Shown: one piece after another, positions 25,840-38,660 of the stretch | Layout of the letters: every line of letters starts with the position of its first letter | How positions within the stretch are numbered: the first letter of the stretch is position 1 | Origin: Phoronis australis | Taxonomy: Eukaryota > Animalia > Phoronida | DNA length: 64,000 nt | Direction of reading: 5' to 3' | NCBI GenBank assembly: GCA_002633005.1 | Contig: NMRA01000190.1 | Span: 670,522 to 734,521, forward strand | Notes under the pieces: model-generated | Told to the model about the DNA's origin: nothing | Database searches by the model: none | Seen by the model: only the letters and a program-made list of their open reading frames with translations | Translations under genes and position numbers: made by a program

Positions 25840-27489
25840 AAAGAAGAGCAACGCGGAGCGTTGAAATGCGCCCACGAATGCATTGCAAATGGTGCACTTT
25901 TAGGGTTCTTTATTTGTATCATAAAAATGGTCCCTAGATGGCGCAAAAACGTACAATCCATCAAAAAAAACAGGTACATGCCATATTTCATAAAAATCTG
26001 TCAAGGAACTTCAGAGAAAGAAAGAAAAACAGAATAAAATGAAATTGCCACTAGTGGGCACGGTGTCCGTTCAGTGGATCCGCCTGCAAGTCGTCGTCGT
26101 CTGTTGTTATCTTCCTATAAATACTCTTACTGACATCCTGCAGTGGGCGCAAAACAAAACCACCGCTAGGAGGCGCCACAGTAGTCAGTCACCATCATCA
26201 AACATTGTCTTCACACTGAGAACATATACGCCAATTTTGAACTGATTTGGTTGATACAAGGATGGACGCCAAAAACAAGATTTGAAAACAGCAAAAATGG
26301 CCACAAGGTGGCCAAAATACCTCGATTCCATCCAAAAACAGAAAGATATAGTCATCACACCAACAGATGCCTATAATTATTTAAAATTTTATGAAAATCT
26401 GTTGACGACCTTTGAAGATACAGAGTTAAACGTAAAAAACTAAAATTGCCATTAGGGGGCACAGCAGTAGTCAGATCTGTCAGAAAGTCGTCATCGTCCG
26501 TAGTCAACATCATATAAATACACTTGATAAGTTAAGTAAAGATCTTGCAAACAGTTTAGGAGATACAGCCATGAGCGCACAAAACTTCCACTAGGAACGC
26601 CCCAGTAGTCAAAGTCCTCAGAAAGTCATCGTCAGCCGTCCAATTCATAGTAAAAACAAACATGCCAATTTTCACAATTATCCTGAAAACAGTATGGCTG
26701 ATAGATGAGTGGACGCCAAAAACTCGAAAACAGTAAAAATGGCCCCTAGGTGGCGCAAACTAGGACGAATTCATCTGAAAAGGGAGAGATAGCGACACCT
26801 CATTAATAGATGCCTGTATGCCAAATTTTATGAAAATACCTGGAGGACTTTTGAAGATACAGAGGTAAACGTAAAAAAAATAAAATTGACACTAAGTGGC
26901 ACACCCGTCCGATATGTCGGAAAGTCGTCGTATCCTCCGTTGTTAACATCAGATAAATATACCTACTAAATTTCGTAAAGATCTTGCGAACGGTTTAGGA
27001 GATTCAGCCATAGGCGCAAAAAAAAACTGCCACTAGGAGTCCCCACAGAAGTCGACGTCGTTGGAAAATCATCATCAGACGTCCACTTCATAGTAAGAAC
27101 ATACATGCCAATTTTCACAATCATCCTTTGTGTGGTTTGGTTGATAGAGGGGTGGACCCAAAAAACAGTAAAAACGGCCACCAGGTGAGGCAAATTACGT
27201 CGAATCCATCCGAAAACGGGAAGATAGCGTCAACTCTTTAATAGGTGCCTACATACCAAATTTCATGAAAATCCGTTGAGGAGTTTTGGGCAAAGGCAAG
27301 CGTAAAAAACTAAAACTGGCACTAGGGTGCACACCGGTATTCGGATCCGTCCGCAAGTTGACTTCGCTCATGCCGTCCTATTCATGAAAGTAACATATGT
27401 GCCAAATTTCATGAACGTATGTCAAAGGGTTTTGGAGATAGAGCAGCGGACGCCGGACGCCGGTCGGACGGACGGACGGCGCTTAAAAA
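25840..27489 (+). mobile_element. Non-autonomous Helentron-like (HINE/pearl-type) element, family 1
   Basis: Starts AAGAAGAGCAACGCGGAGCGTTGAAATGCGCCCAC, has internal diverged tandem units and a (GACG)n microsatellite near the 3' end; homologous to the inverted copies at 44422-45740 and 54860-56100. Confidence 0.75.
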
Positions 27490-28116
27490 CCAGAGAACAC
27501 GAAAGATTGTCAAAAATGTCTTTTAAGCAATTCCTAACGAAAGTACCACCTCGCAACTTGTATTACAGTGTTGTTTAAGAAAAAATCACATAATTCATGA
27601 TTTTTGAGATACGCGCAAAAAAAACTCTATAGTCACCACAGAGTTTCAAATCTCCCTCCAGTTCACATTAAGTCCATGCAGCAAATGAGCCCCCCAGTTT
27701 GGCGAATTGAGCGAAAAGGTCCGCCTCAGTGAAACAAAAAATCCGAGTAAACGAGAGAAAAGTCCACAAATTAGTCCACAGGAATTCGGCGCGGACAGGA
27801 TGCACGATTAGTGACAGGCCTGAACCTAGTGGCCCCGTTTTTTAGTCTTCGTTGAGTTTTTTTCAGTCTTCGTTGAGTTTATTTTTCAGTAAAAGTCCGC
27901 ATATCGAACAATTCGAAACCCCCAATATTTTAGGCTGGGTGCGCCTATGCCATCGATCTTCGGCGGTTTCAGTTCAAGTGCGGCTCTCAGTGCACTACTT
28001 AAATTCTCCGGACGCACTAACCGCGGCGAAAATAACTTGTGCCACACTCGATCCCACTCTCTCGACCCTCCTGGGTTGCTACCCTAGCTCCCGAGACGAT
28101 ACCCCAAAGCCACATA

Positions 28117-28927
28117 TAGACCGGGATCTCAGAGCTTTTTTGGGCATGAAAAGGTAACCAATTTTCTTTGGTGCCACAGTGCTCTGTGGGTATCCTAATG
28201 CTTGGAAATGGCCGTCTGTTGTGCGATATGCAGTGATGCTGAGCCTCGTGCAGTTGGTTTCAAACGGTTACCTCGTGGATTGGTCTGGCAGTGTTTATTC
28301 GTGATACCTGGGCTTACGGTGAATATTTTGGAACTGGTTTTAAGCGGTTATCTCTTGGGTTGATCTAGCTCAATTTTTAACCCTTTTTGATGTTAGTCTG
28401 ACAGGGGCACCCCACCACTGAAATTGTCTGGCATCTAACAGTTTTGCCTTGTACAGTGATGCTGAACAAACGGTTACCTGATGGATTGATCTAGCTCAAC
28501 TCGGGTATTTGGGCGTGTCTGGCGGGGCTAACCCACCACTAGATTTGTCTGGCAGTGTTCATTCGTGATACCTGGGCTCACGGTGAAAATTTTGCTACTG
28601 GTTTCACGCGGTTACCTCTTGGATTGATCTAGCTCAATTTTTTGACCTTGTTTATAACCGTCTGGCTGATACTCCCCACCACTGAAATTGTCTGGGAGTG
28701 ACCAATTTTGATACAGTGGAGGTATCCAAGGCAGTTTGAAGTGGTTACCAGAAAAGTTGATCTAGCTCAATTTTTGACTGTCATTCTCTTGGCTCCCCTG
28801 ACCACACCCAACAGAACGAACCTGCCAGACGGCCATTTCCAAGCATTAGGATACCCACAGAGCACTGTGGCACCAAAGAAAATTGGTTACCTTTTCATGC
28901 CCAAAAAAGGTCTGGGATCCCGGTCTA
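28117..28927. mobile_element. Foldback/MITE with ~100-bp TIRs and an internal ~120-bp tandem array
   Basis: 28136-28218 is the exact reverse complement of 28826-28908; outer TAGACCGGGATC ends; internal repeats cggttacct..ggattgatctagctcaa..cccaccactga. Confidence 0.9.
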
Positions 28928-29810
28928 AAAAGTTAGATCATATTTGATAGCATCTCGTTGCCGAGTAATGACGACTGGAGGATCTTTGGCCACTGAGCCG
29001 GCTCAGTGTGTTTTCATGATGCATTTTTCTTTCCAAAAAGGACAGGGCTCTCAATCCCTAGATTTTGGGGCCGAATATCGACTCTATTCCCATCTAAAAA
29101 ATATTTAAAAATCACGCGAAATTCCCCCACGAGGCCTAAAAAAGTGATTGGAAATTTCTCTTCGAAGTTCAAATCATCTGGAGTGAACCACACAGGTGAC
29201 GAAAAGAGCACAAAATGCTATTTAAGACATAGCCTATGAGAGCTTACAACAGGGCGGGGGTCTTATTGATGGTGATCGGGAGCTAGATTTTTCACTTCAC
29301 TCGGCGAAAATATCCCTCTCTTGAAGGCACAGGCATCTTTCCCCTCGCCGGGATGAACGAACGAGGCCCCTGAAGAAACATGATAACTATGCTGGCTCTG
29401 TCCAGTTAACTGAAATTGAGCTCTAAAACGAGGTTATGCTTTAGACGAACGAATTAGGTACGTGTTTTAATTTTAAAGTTCAACCTGGTACATATTGATA
29501 TTTGAATCCTAACACATGCAATAGACGTAAGAATTATTAAAACCAAGAAAGCAGAATTGATGGTCAAATAATTTTTATTTTCAATTACGAGCCAGGTTTT
29601 TTATTTTAATAAAATATATTTAATAACATCAATTATTCTTTCAGATCAATGACAAATCAATTGTTAGTCCCGGTAGTCCCTACCTCACCAGGACCTAGCT
29701 ATGCTATCTGATGCTTGATGTTAATATTCTTGATTAATAAATTAAACCAGATGTACATGACAGCAAAATGCTGTTGAATATTTCATCAACTCGTCATCAG
29801 TAAGAGCAGA
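28928..29810 (+). repeat. Dispersed repeat homologous to about 3873-5060
   Basis: Long colinear similarity, e.g. tagacgtaagaattatt..aaccaagaaagcagaattgatggtcaaataatttttattttcaattacgag in both. Confidence 0.85.
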
Positions 29811-32518
29811 CGAACTTGGAATGATCGTTTATTAGCTTTACAAAGTCACTTGGTGAACCAAACATTTTCTGGTTGGTTAAAATATGTTGTAAGCACAACT
29901 TTTTTCTTATCTTGAGACTTTTTTGAACACATTAACAATTATTTTCTTCCGAATTCCACGTTTAAGCAGGCCATTCTATTTTCGCTTTACAAACCCTATG
30001 TTGTGAAGTAAGCATTCCCTGAAAGATTACAAGACATTATGAACAATTTTTTCTATCCCTGTACTTAATCGGCGATTAATTTTTACCCAATGCCAAGTTT
30101 AAAAGATGACTGTAGTAAAAATAATGCAGCAGTAAACCGGTTCTAACATACACATAAAACTCCCATTTGCCCGAGTTGCGCTCCAAACAAAACTGATTCA
30201 CATTTTATTGTAAAAACACAAATGCTGACAGCAGTCTCTGATTGGCTGATATGTCAGTGGTTGACAGAGCATCGACTGCTTATCACATATTTCTGCTCCA
30301 TATTGGGGCATTGGGTGGATAGAGTTTACATCGCGTTTTATCATTGTATCACCGACTCTTATTATTTACTGTTTGCCAGTGTGGTAAAAAATTCTCCATG
30401 CCTTTTTGTATGGCACCTAGTTGTTCAAACTCTGCGAAAAAGGTGTCGTCCAAGAGGGCGGACATAGGACACCATCCGTTGCCCTTGCGTTGGTACAAAG
30501 TTGTATGCTAAATTAATTCAAAACAGAATACTTTTCCCTTTAATAAGCAAACTTGGAATCAATGTCTTTTGATTTCACAAAAAACTAAAAGGTGAAGCAA
30601 GATTTCTTTCGCAGATTACAATAAACTGTAAACGCAATTCCTGTTCTTGATACTACTCTAACACATTAGCATTCGTCTTCTACATAATTTCAAATTTAAC
30701 CAGTACTTAAAACAGTATGGGGTTTCACATTTTCAATTTTATAAAAAAAAATTAATACCTTTAATGAGACACTTTCATAGACAAAAATGAAATCCTCGAG
30801 TTGGGCGCATTATTTTTGGAAAGCTCAGGGGATCACGGAAACATGTTCTCCATGTTAGTGCAGGTGGACCGTAGTCTCTCACTGGAGATGATGTATGTTA
30901 CAACAAAAATGGTGGATAGTTTTTAAAGATATTTAAAACTAAGAATGTGACTTTTCTTTAACAATATCTGCATGGACAAGTCTAAGTTTTTATTTTTTCC
31001 AACATACCACCAAATTATAATACAACATAAAACATACTCTGTAAAGTTACAAAGGCTGGCATACAGTATTTTTCAAACTAAACTACACAATGTCGTAATT
31101 TGACAAGACTAATAACATATTTGTTTCTTTTCCAATAGAATCCAATCCAATTCTAGCTAAATCTCAACAAAAACAACTTATTGCGCAAGACCAGTCACAA
31201 ACAAAAAATTAAGGACTAGACACAATGTCGACATTCATCTCTGACGAAAGTTCGACTACGTAAACTGACAAATTATGCTAGCAAGAAGTTTATCCAAATT
31301 TGGCAGTCTTGGAGACTTCTGTTGAAGTCTGTCAATTTGTTGGCATCAGGTGATACATAGTTACATCTAAAATGCTCTCTGTCCCCACCAATGTTTGAAC
31401 CCAGGACTTTCTGCTAACCAGTTAGTCAACACCTGATTTGATCAACATATGGCGTATGTGAAGACCAACAGTTATACGTCATCATTCACTGCGCAGTAAA
31501 AGAAAAGTGTTCAAGCATCAGGTTAAGATTATGGGAGATCCTAGACAAATGTCTAAACTTGCTAAAGCGGAAAACATACATGTATCTTGAAAATGGCTGA
31601 TAGGATTCCAATAAAATCTTTCAGATCTTGTACTTTATGCACTGTTCCCCATCAGGCTTTTAGAGATTGTCTTTTGACTGATCTACTTTGGCATGGGAGG
31701 GCTAACTAAAACAGGGACTTTCAGTAATTTCATGAAAAACTCAAGCGTTGATTAAAATGAAAAGGGTTACAAAAAAAAAAAAAACAGAATCGGCATTCTT
31801 CAGATTCCATCTTGAACATTTATATAAAAAGAAAATTGGTCATGTTATCGACTCCACTGTTTTATTATGAATGTATTCCCTTTTCCCGAATCTTATTAGT
31901 AAAACATGGTCAAGGGACCCAATTAATGGCAGATTGATATATAAAGTCATTATATACAGACTCTCTACTTTCATGAATTAAAGTAGTGTTTTAGAAAGTT
32001 AAATTCCAAAGTTTGTAGATATTTGTCAGTAAGGTGCCACATAACCTTGTGTCCTGACATTAAATTTTGGGTTACTCATGTTGTTTCATTAAATGACAAC
32101 TGATACTTCTGTCCTCTGAATGTGCTGCGTCAGTTGAGGGGGACTCTTCCGCTTATCTGTGACTTTCTTGAAGACAGGAAGCTGCTTGGAACCTGCTTAA
32201 AATAAATAGAATAGTTTAAATTCCTTTTATGCAAACATGATAATACTACATACAAAACTCTTCAATCAAAAATACGCATTACTGACAAAATTGTTTTCAT
32301 GTTGACGTGCGTAATACCTGTGACACATACATATGCGAGTTTTGAAAAGTGAACAAGGATCCAGATTTATTGTCAGTAGTTGAATGTTGAATCTATAAAA
32401 AAATCAAGTAAATGGAAAATCTATCATTCTCTGTTTCCACATTTTGACAATGATAATTTATTTGTCAGCAGATTCAAACAAGATCACTCATCGCATTCAA
32501 GTATTTTATGTACTATAC

Positions 32519-32830
32519 AGTGGCGGATCTAGGATACCATAAGGGGGGCGGCCCAACATGTTGCCTCAGGGAATTTGGCAAAGCGCGATTGTATATGCAC
32601 AGGGGGCCCGAAAGTTGTGGGAGCTGAGGATGCAGACCTTCTGTTCCGAAAATTTATCGGTGGACTAAAAAAAACGGGAACACGATTCCACCGCAATCTT
32701 GGATCTGAGCCCCCCCATCCGCTAACGGTCCTAGTTAGTGAACTCTCTTTTTCTTCGCGCTTCACGCTGTTTCTGTTTCATTTTGCTGGCGGCAGCCAAG
32801 GGGGGAGGGGGCGGGCCCCCGCCTATGTTA
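32519..32830 (+). mobile_element. CAGTGGCGGATCTAGG-type (hAT-like) repeat; related fragments near 25020-25260 and 4225-4253
   Basis: Terminal motif cagtggcggatctagga; body similar to 25050-25260 (ggggcccgaaagttgtggg..ggtggactaa). Confidence 0.5.
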
Positions 32831-34463
32831 TAGACAACTAAATACGACTTCCTATAAATGAAAGCGATGATGGAACAAACACGTTCCTGATAGAAGACAA
32901 CCTTCAAGGACAATGACAACTGCATAAAAAGCTGAAAATCACCTATCTTGCATAACGAAAAACTAATATTAACACAACTTAGATATGTCATTACCCCTGT
33001 ATGCTCCTCACTCACATGGGAACATTTGTATCAAACATTACTGTATGCCACCATGATTCAGTCCAGTTGTTAAATGTTATCAACTGTATTTAGAGATGTC
33101 GACAACCTGCAAAAGACGCATATGCATATGTTACCTCACTCAGACACTCAGTCTAACATGGTTGCTTTTCAAACAGCGAATGCTGGGCAGTGGTTTGTAA
33201 GCTATTGTGCCAATGCAAGTGGTATGGACAGTATTATTTCCCTGGGCCACTTTTGTCTGTCTTTACATGCATTGGCGTATTGCTATGTGGGTCTGTACTG
33301 AGCAGAGAAAGGCAAAAATATCGCAGGCCAGAAAAGTCTAATCATCTCTATGAGAACATTCAAAACCTGTCAACAGAACTTCAGAGAGTTGTGTTCTGTA
33401 ACTTTTGTCATATTGTCATCAATATTTAGATCTGATGACATCACACAGCATACCAATGAAAAACTAATATTTATTAAATTGCACGTTTAAAAATGATATG
33501 AGTATTTCCACTTTATTTGCCAAAATAACACTTTTACTCAACAAGCGTTATCTGAACTTTTTCCTTAATCAGATTAGAAAGAATTGCAGATCCCTGCTTA
33601 GGCCATGCTGGCAGCGATTGGCGATGTCATAAGTGAGATATAAATGAAAACACTTCCACCAATTACGAGCAAATTGTGAGCTCCAAGCACTGGCGTATAC
33701 ACGGGGGTGAGGTGGCAGTTACAACGGTGCATGACAAACTGTTCAATCCAAAACACCTCTCGGTACGGTACATTCATTGTATCCTAGCTCTTAATCTTAA
33801 TCCTTTTCATTGCAAAGGTCCCAGGTTGCCAGTCATTTCAGCCACTCAGTCACAAACCCAACCATCCCAGTCAAACCACCTTTGGGAACAATTACCAAGA
33901 TCAGAATAACATACAGAATGGGCAATAAAAATAAATTAAAATAGAAACAATAACTCACGTCAAACGAATTCATGTCCACTATTTGAAATTTTAGTTAACA
34001 GTTGCACACTAGATGTCGCAAGTGCTTGCTTAATCTCAAGATCACTTGCGTGAATAGGAATTTATTCCAAGTTCACTCATGATTCTAAGTTGAAGTATAA
34101 CACACCAGCGCTTGGCAGTGGTTTATCAGTGGGTGAACTTGGAACCCTGCTTAATCTCAAGATCGTGTATATATGCGCGAACTTGGAATTGAACATTCAT
34201 TTGGTCAATCAGGTGAAATTTTTTGTTCAGTGTAAGGACTTTTTGTAATTATTGGCCTCATGATCACCCATTTTCTCCTTAAACGTGACTTGTGTCAAAG
34301 AATCGGGGGAATTATGTGAATGGTTAAATCAATTGATTAGATCCACTAGTCGTTGCAAAAGGATACGTTATTTTATACCACAATATTAGCGTCAAATGAC
34401 AGATACAACCGTGTAATAACCCATAAAGTTATCTCACTAGTGAGATAACGATTTGGCGGGAAA

Positions 34464-34531
34464 CCGAGGACGGGGTCGAACCCGGGACCCTAATATCGCT
34501 GGTCGCCGACTTTACCACTACACCACGCAGC
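34464..34531 (-). pseudogene. tRNA-derived sequence (SINE head or tRNA pseudogene)
   Basis: GCTGCG-TGGTGTAGTGG (A box) ... GGTTCGACCCC (B box); acceptor and anticodon stems do not pair convincingly. Confidence 0.55.
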
Positions 34532-35075
34532 GACTGACGCCATCAAGAGTGAAAATAGAATACTTAAATGAGCACGCGCAATAATCGCACGTTCAACAAA
34601 CCGCATTGTACTGTACTTATACGTTACGAAAAATAAGACACATAATTTCCATAAAAATGATATCTTAATTCGGTGAAATTTTTCTCTCATGTCCTCTTAC
34701 TTGTAAATCACCGATCTCTAGTTTGAATGCGGGTATCGTGTCGTCAGGATCTTTGACTTGAGAATTATATTCAGTTACCAGTGGTAACCTACTTTAGCAG
34801 ACGATAATTTCCCGGTCGAAGCTTAGCGTGAAAAAAACGTGTTTTAAGCTATAATAGTTGGTAAACCTTAATTTATAAATTCAATTTATTTCTATAATAT
34901 TTAAGTTTTCAATTGGTTTTGAGTAAAAGCATTATTTGACAAAAATAGCCGGGCTTTTCTTAAAAGGTCACGACCTCCGACCCCGGGCCTCTGACATAGA
35001 AAGTAGTTACAAAGCCGTGGAGAGTCAGAAAAGGTAAATCGATTCATTGCAATGTTTCTCGTTTAGTATGTGGTA

Positions 35076-35247
35076 TAAATAGATTATTACATGTTCTCAG
35101 CCGTTATCCCCCTTATCTAGAGCCCTCGTGGATTTTGGAGAATTATCACCCTCGGGGCTGACGCCCCTCGGGCGATAATTCTCCAAAATCCACTCGGGCT
35201 CTAGATAACGGGGGATAACGACTTCGCCATGTAATAATCTATATTTA
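35076..35247. repeat. About 170-bp imperfect palindrome (probable non-autonomous transposon core)
   Basis: tagattattacatg..cgttatcccc..ttatctagagccc..gtggattttggagaattatc vs gataattctccaaaatccac..gggctctagataa..ggggataacg..catgtaataatcta. Confidence 0.9.
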
Positions 35248-35680
35248 TTAACGTAATTTGATTTGATGCAGTGCAATTTTTTATCAACGTGAACGTGATT
35301 ATTTGAGTAAACCTGTCAAGTTTCCTCGTGTATTCCAAGTTCACTCATACACGAAGTTCACGCACAGCAGTTTACAGTCAACTCTTATCAAGGAACCCGG
35401 GGGTTCTTCCATACAAGAAAAACGACGTGCTGCTCGTAAGGTTAACTTTTTCAGATCCAATCTCCCTACGAAAGGATATGTTTCTTTAAAAACCTCTTCG
35501 GAAGAATGCATTTTCTTTCAAAATTCCCAACAAAATCGTTTGAAGACTTCGACAGACACTCTCAGAGTTTTTCAATTCATATCAGTCATCTACTTTCAAA
35601 ACTTTGTTGTTCCAAATCAGAGGCGTAGTTACGACACATATGCACGCGCGTCGTAGACAAAATGAAAAATGTTAGTTTTC

Positions 35681-35730
35681 TAATAATAATAATAATAATG
35701 ATAATAATAATAATAATAATAATAATGATG

Positions 35731-35785
<55 letters not shown>

Positions 35786-35814
35786 TAATAATAATGATGA
35801 TAATAATGATGATG

Positions 35815-35859
<45 letters not shown>
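35681..35859. repeat. (AAT/GAT)n microsatellite
   Basis: Direct inspection; explains the poly-I/L/Y ORFs in the track. Confidence 0.98.
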
Positions 35860-38089
35860 TAAAATTAAAACTTTTCTCTGAATAAAATAACACTTTGACA
35901 ATTTACTCAAAACTATAGTGAAACACTGAATGTACACCACGGTGGCCGGTACATGACGTTTTTTTACCTTTATGGTACTTTCCACTGTGGTGAAAAATGA
36001 CTAATCAACCAGGTGAGAAGTACATTCCACAGTAACAGTTGAAAGTATAAATACATGCACGGCTGTAACTTCGGAATTCCAATTTGAGCGATATCTTTAA
36101 TTTCAGTTGTCAGTGCTTGTTTAGTTAGATGTTGTGTTACAAAATTATTATAAACGGTCAAAAACATCTAAAAGTGCAAAAATCCATTGTAGGAACAAAC
36201 GGTTTGACAGGACAGCCAATGACACGGTTTTTTGTACCTTTCTACAATATGCAATGTCATCCACGTTGAAATAACTAAAGTACACTCAAACCCACGAGTT
36301 TCGCGGTGAGAATTAACGGAACTAAACATGAAGTGAACAATCGGAAAACACGCTTTCACCCAGGCAGTCTCAACCTGATAGAGATCGCTGGGACACTTGT
36401 GCTGAGTCTATTCATTCGAGTTGCAGAAAACCCAAAACGAATCCTCTCTGGATAACATTACTGATACACAAGTAAGTTAGTTATATGCGTCTGGCACTCT
36501 TTTCTTTCGTTCTATTACATGAAAGGCGGTATTTCTAATCCGACCAAATGTGTTTTAGGCCCCTGGCTGGGGCACAGGAAGAAAAACAACACAGTTTATC
36601 TATGAAGGTTCGGTTCCACGGGCTTCAGTTCTGTCCGATTCTCATGTCAGGGTTTTTACTTGAGACACCTGCGATTTGCCTATTAAGTGATTCAACGGTG
36701 CAAAGATTACTGAGATGCAATTTCGGTCCGACATTTCGGTGTTCACTAGGCCTGCATTACACTCAGACTGACAGATTTAGGGGGGCCCACCGGGGTCGCG
36801 GTGCAAGACAGGACAATGTCAGTAATGCCATTTTTGGGATTTATTGTTGTTGGAGCCCCACCCCACCACATCCCACCCACAAGACCGCTACTCAACTAGT
36901 ACAGCGCTACCCTGGCCGGCCGTCGAGGCGCCGGCGCGGCGTTTCTTCTTACCTCTGTCGAGAGATAGGAAACGGTCAGGGCACAAATTCTTGATCCTCT
37001 TCCAAATGAGAAGTAGTTAACAAGTTGCCGGTAGGCAAAATACACACAGTAGCGTGCAGAGGTTTGGGTCGATTTTTTTCATTGCATGCCTCTTCTGTAA
37101 TGAAACGAAGGCAGGACCCTTATACCAAGAAAAATAAATAGACGAAACATAACATAGAAACTTTATTCAATTACAAATCAGTCACAATTTCAAAAAGTTT
37201 ATTCATAGTAATTGGATGACCCCCCCGATGTGGATCGATGCCCGTGGCTGTCGCCCCGTCGCCCCGTCGCCCCACCACACCCCCTTCTGCACGGTACTGA
37301 TTTTACAACAATGATTATTTTGAAATCATGATTTCTGAAGCCCAATGCTAGACAACACGTAGCCCCTCGGCTGGCTGTACGTCTGCGGCAAGCATCGGCG
37401 ATATAATTGCCTAGCCCACTCACAGCCAATTCTGGGGCGTATTGCCGTTCGGTTGTCTTCTTCGATCACATTGGACAAATGTCCGCCGCAACAACCAGGA
37501 GACGACGGCGAATTTTTATTTTGTCATTCCTCCAAAATGGAACGGAGAAATTAGAGGATCAAACACAGTGATATACCGAGTATGATATGTAAATTTCGTC
37601 ATCGCGTGTGTCAAACAGAAGCACAGTTGACAGGACCCAGGACAAAACTTCAAAAAGCAGGACCGTTCTGCGACAGCCAAAAACTGGATAGTTGGCAGGT
37701 ATGCGGCACAAAATTCAGTCTGGGAAATGAGTTTCGCATGAGAGGAGTGGTTTATATGGGCTGCAGAAGAGGCAAAAATTATTTGAAAATAAAAATCCTA
37801 TTTTGTAAACTCAATGCTCTTTAATCAATTCACTCTTAGTTGAAATAAAAATCAATCCTACTGAAAATTCACTGCAACTCTATAAATTCAATCCTGTTAT
37901 ATAAATTCAATCCTATTCAAAGGTATTTTAGAAATTCAAAACTATTTTGGGAAATGAATCCTATTTTTAGAAATCCAGTGCTACTTTATAAACTTTCTGC
38001 TAACCTTCAGTTAACAGAAAGTCCCGGTCAATATTATTAGACTTAACTATAGGTCACGTGATGCCCCTCCCCCCCTAAATACGCCACTG

Positions 38090-38660
38090 GGTAGAGCCTG
38101 GTAGTGGAAAGCATTACGAGTTCTCTAAGTCGAAAGACATGGCTCTTGAAGTTGACGGATTTGCTACAAAGACACCTGCCTGCCCGTCAATTGTTTGAGG
38201 TACCACCGCCTTTAAGGCAAATATCCTGTACACGAAACAATACCGATGAACGACCTGTGTCATGACTTCGTCGTAGCCCACATGCGGTTTTTGAAGGTAT
38301 CCCATTGAAATGCAGTTTCCACAAAGATCTATCCGCCAGTCTTCACTGCAGGATCATAGATGACTTCCATTGAGAACACACTTTCAGTATTCAGAATTTC
38401 TAAAAGACGGGTTTATTGATTGGATGGTGTAACGACGTGGTTATCTGGCTGTTGCACTTCGATGGCTTGGTTGAATTTGTAAATGTCTTCTCCGGCAGTT
38501 GTAACTTGATAATTATTTCAGATATGTTTTAAGTAATTACTGATATACAACGGTCTGTAAGTGCCCAGATTTTATTGGAAAGAGCTACAACCCCTTCCGA
38601 GGAGTAATAGAATGACCAATAGAAATTTTCCCTTTGAGTTGAACGGCCTGCTGTGTCAGA
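38090..38660 (-). pseudogene. Possible heavily degraded Ty3/Gypsy pol remnant
   Basis: Frame-hopping peptides GHSI..SEGV..NKIWALTD, ..MEVIYDPAVK..LAD, AVVPQTI occur in RT, RNaseH, integrase order; many stops. Confidence 0.3.

Noticed and set aside
34464-34531. Functional tRNA gene
   Set aside because: A and B boxes are present but acceptor and anticodon stems do not pair; treated as a tRNA-derived relic
35662-35985. Poly-Ile, poly-Leu and poly-Tyr/His ORFs
   Set aside because: Translations of the (AAT)n microsatellite
36548-37480. 148-aa plus ORF and 76-aa minus ORF in a GC-rich patch, possibly convergent Harbinger ORF remnants
   Set aside because: No recognisable domain or TIRs by eye; similarity too weak to call
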